DNA of 60,221 nt, filler included. It is 4 parts of 4 records of this genome, joined end to end, with 100 filler letters (N's around TTAATTAATTAA, not from the genome) between each part and the next. Parts side by side here need not be neighbours in the genome. Positions count along the whole stretch, not along the records: positions 16,122 to 36,422 come from DRR723986_6978; 3 more parts are not named here. One strand, 5' to 3'. The notes under the pieces are model-generated. The model ran no database searches. It saw only the letters and a program-made list of their open reading frames with translations, and had not been told where the DNA came from. The first letter of the stretch is position 1; each line of letters begins with the position of its first letter. Shown one piece after another: positions 20,439 through 30,306 of this stretch. A program made the position numbers and the translations under genes.

Positions 20439-21616
20439 AGAACCACGCTCCATTGCAGGACGGGACGGGCGGCCTGCCAGCCGCGCATTCGGCCCAGAGG
20501 TTCGGGGCGGGATAGATCAATGCGCAGCAGATCACCGCCTGTGGCCGCATGCAGCCCCATCAAAAGCGTTTCTGTTTCCAGCGTGACGCCATTGGCAACC
20601 AGCCGTGTGCCTTTGGGCAGGATCTCAAACAAGCGATCAAATAGCGCCGCGGAACCGCCGCCACCCACAAACACCGCATCCGGGGTGGGCTGATCCGCGA
20701 TCTGGTCAAGGGATGCCCCTTCGATCACCTGCATCCGGTGATCGAGGCCAAAATCACGGATGTTCTGGCGGATGTTCTGGACACGGGCGGGCTTGATCTC
20801 AAACGCGGTGGCGTGTCCCCCCGCGAGGCACCATTCAACCGAGATGGAGCCTGATCCCGCACCGATGTCCCAAAGGGTATCGCCGGGGCGCGGGCCAAGT
20901 GCGGAAAGGGTCAAAGCCCGCACGGGCCGTTTGGTGATCTGGCCATCATGGGCAAAGCCGTCATCCGGCAGGCCAGAGGCGCGAGGCAAGCCAACGTTTT
21001 TGGGCAGCGCCACGGCAACCGCAACGGGGGCCGACACATCCTTGAGGTCGAACCCCTGCGCTGTGGTTTGGCGAACCCGCTGATCCGGCCCCCCCATCCG
21101 TTCGCAGACCCAAAGCCGGGCCTCTCCGGCACCCTGATCCGCCATCCATGCGGCCAGAAGCGCGGGGGCATGCCCATCCCGCAGCAAACAAATCATGCGG
21201 CCATTGGGCGAAAGCACTGGGCGTAGCCGGGCAAGCGGCGCGGCATGCAACCCGTGGCAGGTGATCTCTTCCATGCGCCAGCCCAGATGGCCCGCGATCA
21301 GGGCAAAGGTGGAGGGCGCAGGCAGCACCCGCCATTCTCCCGGCTTCAGATGGGCCGCAAGGCTGCCTCCGGCCCCGAACCAGAACGGATCACCCGAGGC
21401 AAGCACAACCACCTTTTGCCCGCGCAGGGCCAGCACAGGATCTATGGAAAACGGAACGGGCCAAGGTTGCCCGCGTTCTCCGGCCCCGACACGCTCCAAA
21501 TGGCGCGGCCCGCCAATGATGACATCCGCCGCATCTATCGCGGCACGGCTTGCAGAGGGCAGCGCCGCCGCGCTATCGTCTGTCATTCCGATGATATCAA
21601 GCCAGGGATCACCCAT
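20435..21616 (-). CDS. cobL: Precorrin-6Y C5,15-methyltransferase (CbiE/CbiT fusion)
   Basis: PWLDIIG, LASGDPFWFGAG, HDGQITKR, WDIGAGSGS and VFVGGG motifs; start at 21616 or 21619. Confidence 0.93.
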   Translation of the reverse strand: MGDPWLDIIGMTDDSAAALPSASRAAIDAADVIIGGPRHLERVGAGERGQPWPVPFSIDPVLALRGQKVVVLASGDPFWFGAGGSLAAHLKPGEWRVLPAPSTFALIAGHLGWRMEEITCHGLHAAPLARLRPVLSPNGRMICLLRDGHAPALLAAWMADQGAGEARLWVCERMGGPDQRVRQTTAQGFDLKDVSAPVAVAVALPKNVGLPRASGLPDDGFAHDGQITKRPVRALTLSALGPRPGDTLWDIGAGSGSISVEWCLAGGHATAFEIKPARVQNIRQNIRDFGLDHRMQVIEGASLDQIADQPTPDAVFVGGGGSAALFDRLFEILPKGTRLVANGVTLETETLLMGLHAATGGDLLRIDLSRPEPLGRMRGWQAARPVLQWSVVL

Positions 21617-21617
21617 C

Positions 21618-22370
21618 ATGCGCGTCCTTTTGTTGGGTGGCACCAGTGAAGCCAGCCAGATGGCCAAGGCCCTGTCCCAAGTCGCTGTAAACAGCGTGTT
21701 TTCCTATGCCGGGCGCACCAATGCCCCTGTGCCGCAACCCCTGCCGACACGGATCGGTGGCTTTGGCGGTGTGGCAGGAATGGCAGCCTATTTGCGCCGT
21801 GAGGCTATCACACATGTCATTGACGCCACACATCCTTTTGCGGCGGGGATGAGCCGCAATGCATATGCGGCCTGCACTGAGACCAGTACGCCATTGATCC
21901 GGTTGGAACGACCGGCATGGCAAGCGCAATCCGGGGACGACTGGACCTTTGTCCCGACGTTGGAAGATACTGTTGCTGCCCTGCCCGACGCACCGGCGCG
22001 GGTGTTTCTGGCGATTGGAAAACAACATATCGGTCTTTTTGCGACCAAGCCGCAGCATCATTACCTGCTGCGGCTTGTGGATGCGCCTGACCATGATCTG
22101 CCCTTGCCCAATGCCGCTGTCGTCATCGCCCGTGGCCCGTTTGACGTGGCGCAAGACCTTGCGCTGCTCCAAGATCACGACATCACCCATATCGTTGCCA
22201 AGAACGCGGGCGGGCGCGGGGCGGAGGCCAAGCTGACCGCCGCACGGCAATTGGGCCTGCCTGTCATCCTCGCGGATCGCCCCGCTTTGCCTGGGCAAAA
22301 CATCGCCGCCGACATCGGCGCGGTGATGGCGTGGCTTGGCCATGATCAGGTGGCGCTGCGCGGGGTGTAG
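21618..22370 (+). CDS. cobK: Precorrin-6A reductase
   Basis: MRVLLLGGTSEA, RIGGFGG, DATHPFA, RGPF and KNAGG motifs; opposite strand to the operon. Confidence 0.95.
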   Translation: MRVLLLGGTSEASQMAKALSQVAVNSVFSYAGRTNAPVPQPLPTRIGGFGGVAGMAAYLRREAITHVIDATHPFAAGMSRNAYAACTETSTPLIRLERPAWQAQSGDDWTFVPTLEDTVAALPDAPARVFLAIGKQHIGLFATKPQHHYLLRLVDAPDHDLPLPNAAVVIARGPFDVAQDLALLQDHDITHIVAKNAGGRGAEAKLTAARQLGLPVILADRPALPGQNIAADIGAVMAWLGHDQVALRGV

Positions 22371-23080
22371 ACATAGCGGCCAATGCGTTTGGTCGCGGCA
22401 TTGCCGACCAGAACAACCGTGCGCATATCCGCCATGTCCGGTGTCGCCTCGCCCAAGGGCACCGTTCTGATCGCCTCGTCCTTGGTGCTGACTGCGCGGG
22501 CAAAGATGATCAGGCGTTCTGGCCCGCATTCCTCCAGCAAGATCTCAAGCGTGCGTTCAAACTGATGCGGGCGGGATTTGGAGCGGGGGTTGTAAAACGC
22601 CATCGCAAAATCGCCCCGCGCCGCCATGCGCAGGCGGTGTTCGACCATATCCCAGGGTTTGAGATTATCGCTAAGGTTGATGGCGCAGAAATCATGACCC
22701 AAGGGCGCCCCGGCATGGGCGGCGGCGGCCAGCATTGCGGTGATGCCGGGCAGTACACGGATGTCCGTATCTTGATATTCGGGGTGTTTTTCCAGCGCCT
22801 CGAACACGGCAGAGGCCATTGCAAACACACCCGGATCACCCGAAGAGACCACAACCACCCGCGCCCCATCCGCCGCCAGTTGCAGCGCATGCAAAGCGCG
22901 ATCCAATTCAACGCGATTATCGGTCGGATGCAGGTTCAACCCCTCACGCGGCGCAACACGGGCAACGTAGGGAATATAGCCGATCACATCGGTGGCTTGG
23001 CCCAGAACATCGGTTACCTCAGGCGTGACCAAAGCCTCATCCCCCGGCCCCAAACCGGCGATGGCGATCCAGCCGCTCAT
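22346..23080 (-). CDS. cobJ: Precorrin-3B C17-methyltransferase
   Basis: GLGPG, DNRVELDRA, SSGDPGVFAMA, LGHDFC, LSDNLKPW and YTPR motifs. Confidence 0.95.
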   Translation of the reverse strand: MSGWIAIAGLGPGDEALVTPEVTDVLGQATDVIGYIPYVARVAPREGLNLHPTDNRVELDRALHALQLAADGARVVVVSSGDPGVFAMASAVFEALEKHPEYQDTDIRVLPGITAMLAAAAHAGAPLGHDFCAINLSDNLKPWDMVEHRLRMAARGDFAMAFYNPRSKSRPHQFERTLEILLEECGPERLIIFARAVSTKDEAIRTVPLGEATPDMADMRTVVLVGNAATKRIGRYVYTPRSAT

Positions 23081-23808
23081 GTGTCTGCCTCCGGTCGGCG
23101 GCCTTGGCCATGGACCAGAACAATCGCGAAATAGGGGCAATCATCCACATCCACATCGGCCAGTTTGGCCACGCGTTGACCAGGCATGGTGCCTTTCTCG
23201 ACCAGCCATGCATCATCCAGACGGCCCACCTGTTCCAATGCGGCGCGGACGCGCGGCATGTTGCGGCCGGTTTTCATCACGACCAATGCATCAGCGCGGT
23301 CCATATGCGCCACCAGTTCATCATCCGGCAGGGTCGCCATCAGGACGGTCATAACGTCATCGCCCCATGTGAAAGGCGTATCCAGCGCATTCCAGCATCC
23401 AACCATGCCGGGGATCGCGGGCAAAACCTCAACCTCGGCACGGCCTTGCAAACGGGTGTGCAGGTGCATGAAGGAGCCATAGAAAAACGGATCACCCTCG
23501 CACAGCACAACAACCTCGTGATCCTGTGCCAGATCGGCCAGCCGGTCCGCCCATTCGGCATAGAAATCGACCATCAGCTGGCGGTATTCATCACTGTCAA
23601 ATCGCAGCTCTGTGGTGACCGGATATTCCATTGGATATTCGATCACGTCCTCGCGCAGCATGTCTTTGACAATGGTCCGGGCCTGTCCGGCGCGGCCTTT
23701 CTTGCGGAAAAATGCCAGATGCTTTGCGCCGCGAATGGTGCGGTCTGATTTGACGCTCATCAAGTCCGGGTCGCCGGGGCCGAGGCCCGCGCAGATCACT
23801 TTGCCCAT
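23077..23808 (-). CDS. cobI: Precorrin-2 C20-methyltransferase
   Basis: GLGPGDPDL, YPVTTE, LCEGDPFFYGSF and PYFA motifs. Confidence 0.95.
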   Translation of the reverse strand: MGKVICAGLGPGDPDLMSVKSDRTIRGAKHLAFFRKKGRAGQARTIVKDMLREDVIEYPMEYPVTTELRFDSDEYRQLMVDFYAEWADRLADLAQDHEVVVLCEGDPFFYGSFMHLHTRLQGRAEVEVLPAIPGMVGCWNALDTPFTWGDDVMTVLMATLPDDELVAHMDRADALVVMKTGRNMPRVRAALEQVGRLDDAWLVEKGTMPGQRVAKLADVDVDDCPYFAIVLVHGQGRRPEADT

Positions 23809-23811
23809 GAT

Positions 23812-24441
23812 TTACTCCACCCGGCTGGCGAGGGCATTGACCGCCGCCACTGTGATGGCCGATCCGCCCAGCCGCCCTTGTACGATCATCGACGGCACCG
23901 GCAAATCCTGCATCAAGGCCTCTTTGCTTTCTGCCGCACCGATAAAGCCGACCGGGCAGCCGATGATGGCAGCGGGGCGTGGGCATTCCGGGTCTTCGAG
24001 CATGTTGAGAAGGTGAAACAAAGCCGTTGGCGCATTGCCGATGGCCACAACCGCACCGGCCAGATTCGGGCGCCACAATTCCAGCGCGGCGGCGGAGCGG
24101 GTGTTGGCCATTTCCTTGGCCATGCCCGGCACACGCTCATCGCGCAGGGTGCAGATCACCTCATTTTCGCGCGGCAGGCGTTTGCGGGTAATCCCCTCGC
24201 TGACCATATAGGCGTCACACAGGATTGGCGCGCCGTCTTCCAGCGCCGCGCGGGCAGCGATGGCCATGTCGGGGGAAAACTGCACATGCTGTTCCAGCCC
24301 GACCATGCCCGCAGCATGGATCATGCGCACGGTCACGATCTCTTCTTCAGGGGTAAAGCGGGCCAGATCCGCTTCGGCACGGATGGTGGCAAAGGACTGG
24401 CGGTAAATTTCCGCGCCGTCGGTGATGTAGGTATGGGGCAT
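23812..24441 (-). CDS. cobH: Precorrin-8X methylmutase
   Basis: IYRQSFATIRAE, IGNAPTAL, PVGFIGAAESK and GRLGGSA motifs. Confidence 0.96.
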   Translation of the reverse strand: MPHTYITDGAEIYRQSFATIRAEADLARFTPEEEIVTVRMIHAAGMVGLEQHVQFSPDMAIAARAALEDGAPILCDAYMVSEGITRKRLPRENEVICTLRDERVPGMAKEMANTRSAAALELWRPNLAGAVVAIGNAPTALFHLLNMLEDPECPRPAAIIGCPVGFIGAAESKEALMQDLPVPSMIVQGRLGGSAITVAAVNALASRVE

Positions 24442-25586
24442 CAGATCGCCTTGAGGATGGAGTGCGGGGAATGGCCGGTTTGCGCCGGATCATCCGAGGC
24501 GCGGCCATTGTGAATGAGGCTGAGACCCTGGGCGGTGCCCGTGATGGTCAAAGCGGCGGGTTTGGGGTGGGCGCAGCCCTTGGCACAGCCGGAGACATGC
24601 AGGGTTTGATCTGGCTGAAGCTGCCGCGCCAAGGCACGGGCCAGAGGGCGCGTTTCAATCAGGGCTTGCGGGCATCCGGGCGCACCCGTGCAAGCCGCGA
24701 CCTGCAACAACGGGTCATCCTGCGTTGCGATCAGATCCGGCAACTCCGGCATCTGTTCTGCGCCTTCGATCAGGACCATACGCCACGGCGTCATGCGCAA
24801 CGCGCCGTGTTTGGCGAGGCCAGCGAGCGTTTGCGCGGTGAGTTGGCCAAAGGCGAGGCCAGCCAGAACACCCTGTTCAGTAAGGCCGGGTGCGGGTTGA
24901 TAGGTCTGTGTCTGCATAGGCCCGGCGAACCCGCCTGGCAGTGGCTGCCCGGTGGCCAGCAGTTTGGCCATGCGTTTGTGTTCACCGCGATGAGCGACAA
25001 ACCAATGGGCCAGCTGCATCGCTTCGGCCACGGCGGTGTCCACGTCCACTTGTTTGCCCAGCGAAGCGCCATCCGGGCGCAGGGTCAAACCACCCTGCGC
25101 ATCGCGTTCCAGGCGGATGTCGGCAGAGGCGCTTTGCAGGACGGGCCGATCGCCGGTATCCACCGCAAAGCCGAATTTGACCGGCAGGTCAGGCGCGTTG
25201 GCTTTGGCCAGAGCATCGCCGAGCGCGGCGCTGAGGTATTCAGTTTCATCGCCCGCGGTCCAGAACGGTGCGATCAGGATGTTGCGGCGGCCTTCAACGT
25301 CGGCATTTGCATCCAGAAGGCCCAGCCCGCGCAGGCCCTCGATCAAAGCGTCAAAGCTGTCCTCGCGCACGCCGCGCAGTTGCAGATTGCCCCGGCTGGA
25401 CAGATCAATCAGACCGTTGCCATGTGCCGCCGCCAAGGACGCCAGACCATCCACCTGTGCGCGGCGCAATCGCCCGCCAAAGGGGCGCACCCGCACCACC
25501 AGACCATCGCCCGACAGCATCGGGCGCAGGGCACCGGGGCACCAACCTTTGATCAGTGGGTCATCGGGGCGGGCGGCGTTTGTCAT
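24441..25586 (-). CDS. cobG: Precorrin-3B synthase
   Basis: KGWCPGALRPMLSGDGL, RGNLQLRG and [4Fe-4S] Cys set ACTGAPGC...SGCAKGC. Confidence 0.9.
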   Translation of the reverse strand: MTNAARPDDPLIKGWCPGALRPMLSGDGLVVRVRPFGGRLRRAQVDGLASLAAAHGNGLIDLSSRGNLQLRGVREDSFDALIEGLRGLGLLDANADVEGRRNILIAPFWTAGDETEYLSAALGDALAKANAPDLPVKFGFAVDTGDRPVLQSASADIRLERDAQGGLTLRPDGASLGKQVDVDTAVAEAMQLAHWFVAHRGEHKRMAKLLATGQPLPGGFAGPMQTQTYQPAPGLTEQGVLAGLAFGQLTAQTLAGLAKHGALRMTPWRMVLIEGAEQMPELPDLIATQDDPLLQVAACTGAPGCPQALIETRPLARALARQLQPDQTLHVSGCAKGCAHPKPAALTITGTAQGLSLIHNGRASDDPAQTGHSPHSILKAI

Positions 25587-28500
25587 TCCACACCGTCCAT
25601 TTCAGCGTTGATCGAATTGCGGCGGGTCACCCAAAGCCCGGCATCGCGCAGGGCGGCAAAGCGGTTGCGCATCTCTTCAAGCGCGAGGGGGTTCTCGTCC
25701 TGCATAAAGGCCACAAGATCATCGCGGCCCAGCGTCGCGTCATAGTAAAGATCAAACAGATGCCCCGGCACGTCGCGGGTCAGATGTGCAAAAGCCGCCA
25801 GATTGTCGAGGGTCGCCGCGACCTCGGCTGCGCCTCTGAACCCGTGCCGCATCATACCGCTGGCCCAAGCCGGATTGGCAGCGCGGGCGCGGACAACGCG
25901 GGCAATCTCTTCGGGCATGGTGCGGGCTTTGGGCGCGTCCAGCCGGGTGCTGTCCACATGATACATCGCGGGCTTTGCCGCGCCCAGATGCGCCATCGCG
26001 GCGGCAAACCCGCCCTCGTGACTGGCATAGTCGGAGGCCAGCAAAACATCGCTTTCCAGCAGATCCTGCACATGGGCAAAACCGTCAGCTTTGTGCAAAC
26101 GCCGCTCCAGCGCGGCGCGGTCCTGATGGGCCTCCCCCTTGGCGTTGATCGCCCATTCCGAACCCTTCAGCCACGCCTGCCCGGCGGCGGTGCGTCCGCC
26201 ATCCGAATAGTCGTGCAGCGCGGCGTCCATGTTCATTCCGTAAAGCCCCGGCTTGGGGCCAAAAACACGCGGGCTGCGTTCCAGATAGGGGTTCATATCC
26301 GCCGCCTCTTCGCGTTCAGCCAAGGCGGCGGCACCGGATTCAAACAATTGCGACAGACCGGGAAAGATATCGCGGAACAGGCCGGACACGCGCAATGTCA
26401 CGTCAATACGCGGACGGTTCAGCAGCGCCAATGGCAGGATTTCAAAGCCGCTGACCCGTTCGCTGCCGGCATCCCATTTGGGTGACAGTCCGGCAAGGTG
26501 CAGCGCCATGGCAACCTCTTCACCAGCGGTGCGCATCGTGGCAGAGCCCCAAAGATCAATCACCAATCCTTTGGGATAATCCCCTTCGTCCTGCAAATGG
26601 CGGCGGATCAGCTCTTCGGCCAGTTTGACCCCCTGGGCATGGGCGGCGCGGCTGGGCACGCTGCGCGGGTCCACGGCATAAAGGTTTCGTCCGGTTGGCA
26701 AAACATCGGACCGCCCCCGATAGGGTGAGCCGGACGGGCCGGAGGTGACCCGTTTGCCATCAAGCGCGGTGAGAAGCCCGTCAAATTCGCCTTGCCCCGC
26801 GCCAAAGATATGCAGGCCATCGCCATATTGGCTTTCCTTGATGTCACAGACAAAGCGGTCAATGCGAGTAATCGCTTCGGCGGCGCTGGCATCATCATCC
26901 AGCCCCAGATCCTTTTCCACACCCGCCGCCTGCGCCTCGGACCGGATCGTATCAATCAGACGGTCGCGGCGGGCTGGATCAAGACCATCGGCGGTCGAGT
27001 ATTCATCCAGCAGCCGTTCCAATTGCAGCAAGCCATCAGGTGTTTCGCTGTCTTTCATCGGGGGCGGAAGGTGGCCCAATGTCACTGCGCCAATGCGGCG
27101 TTTGGCCTGCGCGGCCTCGCCTGGGTCGTTGACGATAAACGGATAGATCACCGGCAGATCACCGGTCAGCGCCTCGGGCCAACACTCATCAGACAGGGCG
27201 ACGGCCTTGCCCGGCAGCCATTCGAGGGTGCCATGTGCGCCGATATGCACCAGCGCCTGTTGGCCTTGCGCCCGCAGCCAGAGGTAAAACGCAACATAGG
27301 AATGGCGCGGCACCCGTTCGAGATCGTGATAGTCGCTGTCGCGGGCATCAATGCTGCCGCGCTCGGGCTGCAGCGCCACCAATGCATTGCCGCAGGCCCG
27401 CGCGGGGAAATGGAACGCACCGTCGCGGAACAGCGGATCATCCTGTGGATCACCCCATGCTGTTGCCAGATCATCGCGCAAGTTTTGCGGCAACTTGGCA
27501 AGTGCCCCGGCATATTCCGCCGCATCCCAAGCAAGCGTTTCCTGTGTCAGGATCTCACCAAAGCGCTCTGCCTGCGTCACACTGTAGCCAGCCTCCTCCA
27601 GCGCGGCCAGCGTTGCCTCGGTTGAGGCAAGCGCATCAAGGCCGACAGCATGGGCGATCTGATCGGCGCGTCCGGGGTAAGTGGACAACACCAGCGCAAG
27701 TTTGCGGTCTGACACCGGCGTGCGGGCCAACCGGTGCCAGCCTTCAAGACGGTCCACAACGGCCTCAATCCGATCCATCTCTGCCCTATGGGCAAAGCGG
27801 GAGTATTGCAGGTGTGGGTCTTTCTTGTCCGGCGCTTTGAAGCTGACAACACCGGTAAAGATGCGCCCGTCCACTTCGGGCAGCACCACATGCATGGCCA
27901 GATCGGCAGGGGACAACCCGCGTTCGGATGTGTCCCAATCCTTGCGCCGGGCAGTGGACAGCGCGACCTGAAACACCGGGCATCCGGTGCCATCAAGGGG
28001 CGAGGTGCCATCCCCGCCGCGCCCGGAAAACGCAGTGGCGTTGATGATGGCGGTGGGCCTCAGTTGGGCCAAGGCATCGTGTAAAAAGGCTCGGCCTGTT
28101 TCGTCCTTCAACGACGGTGCAAAAAGCCCCACAGCGGCAAAGCCCCGATCGCGGAGAGTTTGGATCAACCGGTCAATGGGCGCGGTATCCGCGGCTGTGA
28201 GATAGCTGCGGTAAAAGGTGACCGCCACCACATTCGCCGCCGGTTCGGGCAGGGGTATGACCCCTAAATCAGGATCATAGGCACCGCAGGGCGGAACGGT
28301 TTTGGTGCCTTTGACAGGACCGGCATAGAACCCAGCCGCGAGTGCCAGTTGCGCCAGTGCGGCCTGTGCCGCCACCGTCCCGCCGGTGTCGCACAGATGC
28401 TGCAATCGCCGCAGGGTGGACACGGGCAAGGTGGAGTGGGCATCAAGCGCCGGATCTTCGCGGCCATCGGCCGGCAGGATCGCCAAGGCAATGTCATTGC

Positions 28501-28825
28501 GGCGGGCAAAATCCTGCACCTGCATGATGCCATAGGGCCAATAGTTTTCGCCGCCAATCAGACGGATCAAAATGCCTTTGGCCCCTGTTAGGGTCTGTTC
28601 GACGTAATTGTCGACAGAGGCCGGATGCCGCAATGCCACCAGATTGCACAGGCGCAGCGTGGGCAGTTTGCCCTCAACGCCGCCGCCCCGGTGCCAGCCT
28701 GCCGCAAAAGCGCCTAGGTCACTGTCGGAAAACGAAAGCACCACCAGATCCGCAGGGGTTTGCCCCGGATCAAACGGAGTTTCGGTATCCTCCAGCCCAT
28801 GGCTTTCGCGGAAGACCACATGCAT
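25583..28825 (-). CDS. cobN: Cobaltochelatase large subunit
   Basis: LSFSDSDL, HGTLEWLPGK, NDPGEAAQAKRR, LPTGRN and RPRIDVTLRVSGLFRD motifs. Confidence 0.96.
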   Translation of the reverse strand: MHVVFRESHGLEDTETPFDPGQTPADLVVLSFSDSDLGAFAAGWHRGGGVEGKLPTLRLCNLVALRHPASVDNYVEQTLTGAKGILIRLIGGENYWPYGIMQVQDFARRNDIALAILPADGREDPALDAHSTLPVSTLRRLQHLCDTGGTVAAQAALAQLALAAGFYAGPVKGTKTVPPCGAYDPDLGVIPLPEPAANVVAVTFYRSYLTAADTAPIDRLIQTLRDRGFAAVGLFAPSLKDETGRAFLHDALAQLRPTAIINATAFSGRGGDGTSPLDGTGCPVFQVALSTARRKDWDTSERGLSPADLAMHVVLPEVDGRIFTGVVSFKAPDKKDPHLQYSRFAHRAEMDRIEAVVDRLEGWHRLARTPVSDRKLALVLSTYPGRADQIAHAVGLDALASTEATLAALEEAGYSVTQAERFGEILTQETLAWDAAEYAGALAKLPQNLRDDLATAWGDPQDDPLFRDGAFHFPARACGNALVALQPERGSIDARDSDYHDLERVPRHSYVAFYLWLRAQGQQALVHIGAHGTLEWLPGKAVALSDECWPEALTGDLPVIYPFIVNDPGEAAQAKRRIGAVTLGHLPPPMKDSETPDGLLQLERLLDEYSTADGLDPARRDRLIDTIRSEAQAAGVEKDLGLDDDASAAEAITRIDRFVCDIKESQYGDGLHIFGAGQGEFDGLLTALDGKRVTSGPSGSPYRGRSDVLPTGRNLYAVDPRSVPSRAAHAQGVKLAEELIRRHLQDEGDYPKGLVIDLWGSATMRTAGEEVAMALHLAGLSPKWDAGSERVSGFEILPLALLNRPRIDVTLRVSGLFRDIFPGLSQLFESGAAALAEREEAADMNPYLERSPRVFGPKPGLYGMNMDAALHDYSDGGRTAAGQAWLKGSEWAINAKGEAHQDRAALERRLHKADGFAHVQDLLESDVLLASDYASHEGGFAAAMAHLGAAKPAMYHVDSTRLDAPKARTMPEEIARVVRARAANPAWASGMMRHGFRGAAEVAATLDNLAAFAHLTRDVPGHLFDLYYDATLGRDDLVAFMQDENPLALEEMRNRFAALRDAGLWVTRRNSINAEMDGVE

Positions 28826-28828
28826 GGA

Positions 28829-29863
28829 TCAGGCTCCCAACACGCCGCGAATGGCTGCGGTGTCAATGTGATCGTGTTCCGCGATCACGACCAGATGGCC
28901 TTGCCGCGCATCACTGCCCCAAGGGCGGTCAAACTGTTGGCGCACCCGTGCGCCCACGGCCTGCACCAACAGGCGCATCGGTTTGCCAGTGACAGCGACA
29001 TAGCCTTTGACGCGCAGAATATGCTGTTCGTTGGCCAGCTTTTCGATGGCGGCAACCAAGGCATCGACATCGTCCACTTCGGGCATTGGCACAACGATGG
29101 TTTCGAAATCGTCATGTTCGTGATCATCATGACCATCGTGGTGCGATGGACGTGCGGCAAGATCGTCTTCGGCTTTGGCGTTCAGGCCGAGAACAACGTT
29201 CGGATCAATCACACCTTCGCTCATCGGCAGGATCGGGATCTGGCGCGGGCTTTCCGCTTCGATCACGCTGCGGGCTTTGGACAGGCCATCGTCACCCGCG
29301 AGGTCGGCCTTGGACATCAGGATAATGTCGGCGCAGGAAATCTGATCTTCGAACACCTCGGACAGCGGTGTTTCGTGATCCAGTGAATCGTCCGCCTTGC
29401 GTTGTTCATCCACCGCATGTTCGTCGGCGGCAAATCGGCCAGCCGCCACCGCTTCGGCGTCCGCCAGCGCGATCACCCCATCAACGGTGATCTTGGACCG
29501 GATCGCAGGCCAGTCGAACGCCTTGAGCAACGGCTTGGGCAGCGCCAGACCGGAGGTTTCGATCAAGATGTGATCAGGGCGCGTCGGCAGCTCCATCAGC
29601 GCCTCGATGGTCGGGATAAAATCGTCAGCCACGGTGCAGCAGATACAGCCATTTGCCAGCTCTACGATGTTTTCTTCCGGGCAATCAGGGATCGCGCAGG
29701 ATTTGAGAATATCGCCATCGACGCCAACGGTGCCGAACTCGTTGACCAACACCGCAAGGCGGCGACCGCCCGCATTGGTCATCAAGTGGCGGATCAGCGT
29801 GGTTTTGCCGGACCCGAGAAAGCCGGTGATCACAGTGACGGGAATTTTGGACAGGTCGTTCAT
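28829..29863 (-). CDS. cobW: Cobalamin biosynthesis metallochaperone GTPase
   Basis: TGFLGSGKTT, NEFG, GCICC, ETSGLALPKP and His-rich HHDGHDDHEHDD. Confidence 0.95.
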   Translation of the reverse strand: MNDLSKIPVTVITGFLGSGKTTLIRHLMTNAGGRRLAVLVNEFGTVGVDGDILKSCAIPDCPEENIVELANGCICCTVADDFIPTIEALMELPTRPDHILIETSGLALPKPLLKAFDWPAIRSKITVDGVIALADAEAVAAGRFAADEHAVDEQRKADDSLDHETPLSEVFEDQISCADIILMSKADLAGDDGLSKARSVIEAESPRQIPILPMSEGVIDPNVVLGLNAKAEDDLAARPSHHDGHDDHEHDDFETIVVPMPEVDDVDALVAAIEKLANEQHILRVKGYVAVTGKPMRLLVQAVGARVRQQFDRPWGSDARQGHLVVIAEHDHIDTAAIRGVLGA

Positions 29864-30234
29864 GTTTTTGGCTCCTCAGGGAGGGTCAGAGAGGGAATAC
29901 GCGCAAGGCTTTGCTTGCGGAAAATAACGGGGCGCTCGCGCCATGGCACAAGGCCATCATCGGTCGCGGCATAGGCGGCGGCACCGGCAAGGATGTCGTC
30001 CACATCCGCCTTGCTCAGACGGCCATAGACATAGCTCCATTTGCCGGGCTCGGACAGGGCAATCGCCGCGCCCTGGGAACAGGCAGACAGGCATTCAACG
30101 CCGATGATCTGCACGCCATCCGGCGCGCCGGTTTCGGTAAGGGCCGCATAGAGCTGCGCACCGGGGCGCGGGGCGTCTTCTTCGAGCACTTCACCGGCGC
30201 GGCAGGTGGTGCAAACATGCAATGTTGTGGTCAT
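29860..30234 (-). CDS. DUF1636 family predicted metal-binding protein
   Basis: LHVCTTC...VECLSAC...GKWSYVYG...GLVPWRERP...ARIP. Confidence 0.85.
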   Translation of the reverse strand: MTTTLHVCTTCRAGEVLEEDAPRPGAQLYAALTETGAPDGVQIIGVECLSACSQGAAIALSEPGKWSYVYGRLSKADVDDILAGAAAYAATDDGLVPWRERPVIFRKQSLARIPSLTLPEEPKT

Positions 30235-30253
30235 GGGTTTGACCTTTCAGATT

Positions 30254-30285
30254 TCGGCGGGCTGGCGCAGGGCCTAGCCCGCCGA
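30254..30285. repeat. Intergenic 10-bp stem hairpin without U-tract
   Basis: TCGGCGGGCT...AGCCCGCCGA between the His-rich gene and DUF1636. Confidence 0.55.
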
Positions 30286-30306
30286 TGTGATCGGGGCAAG
30301 CGGCCC

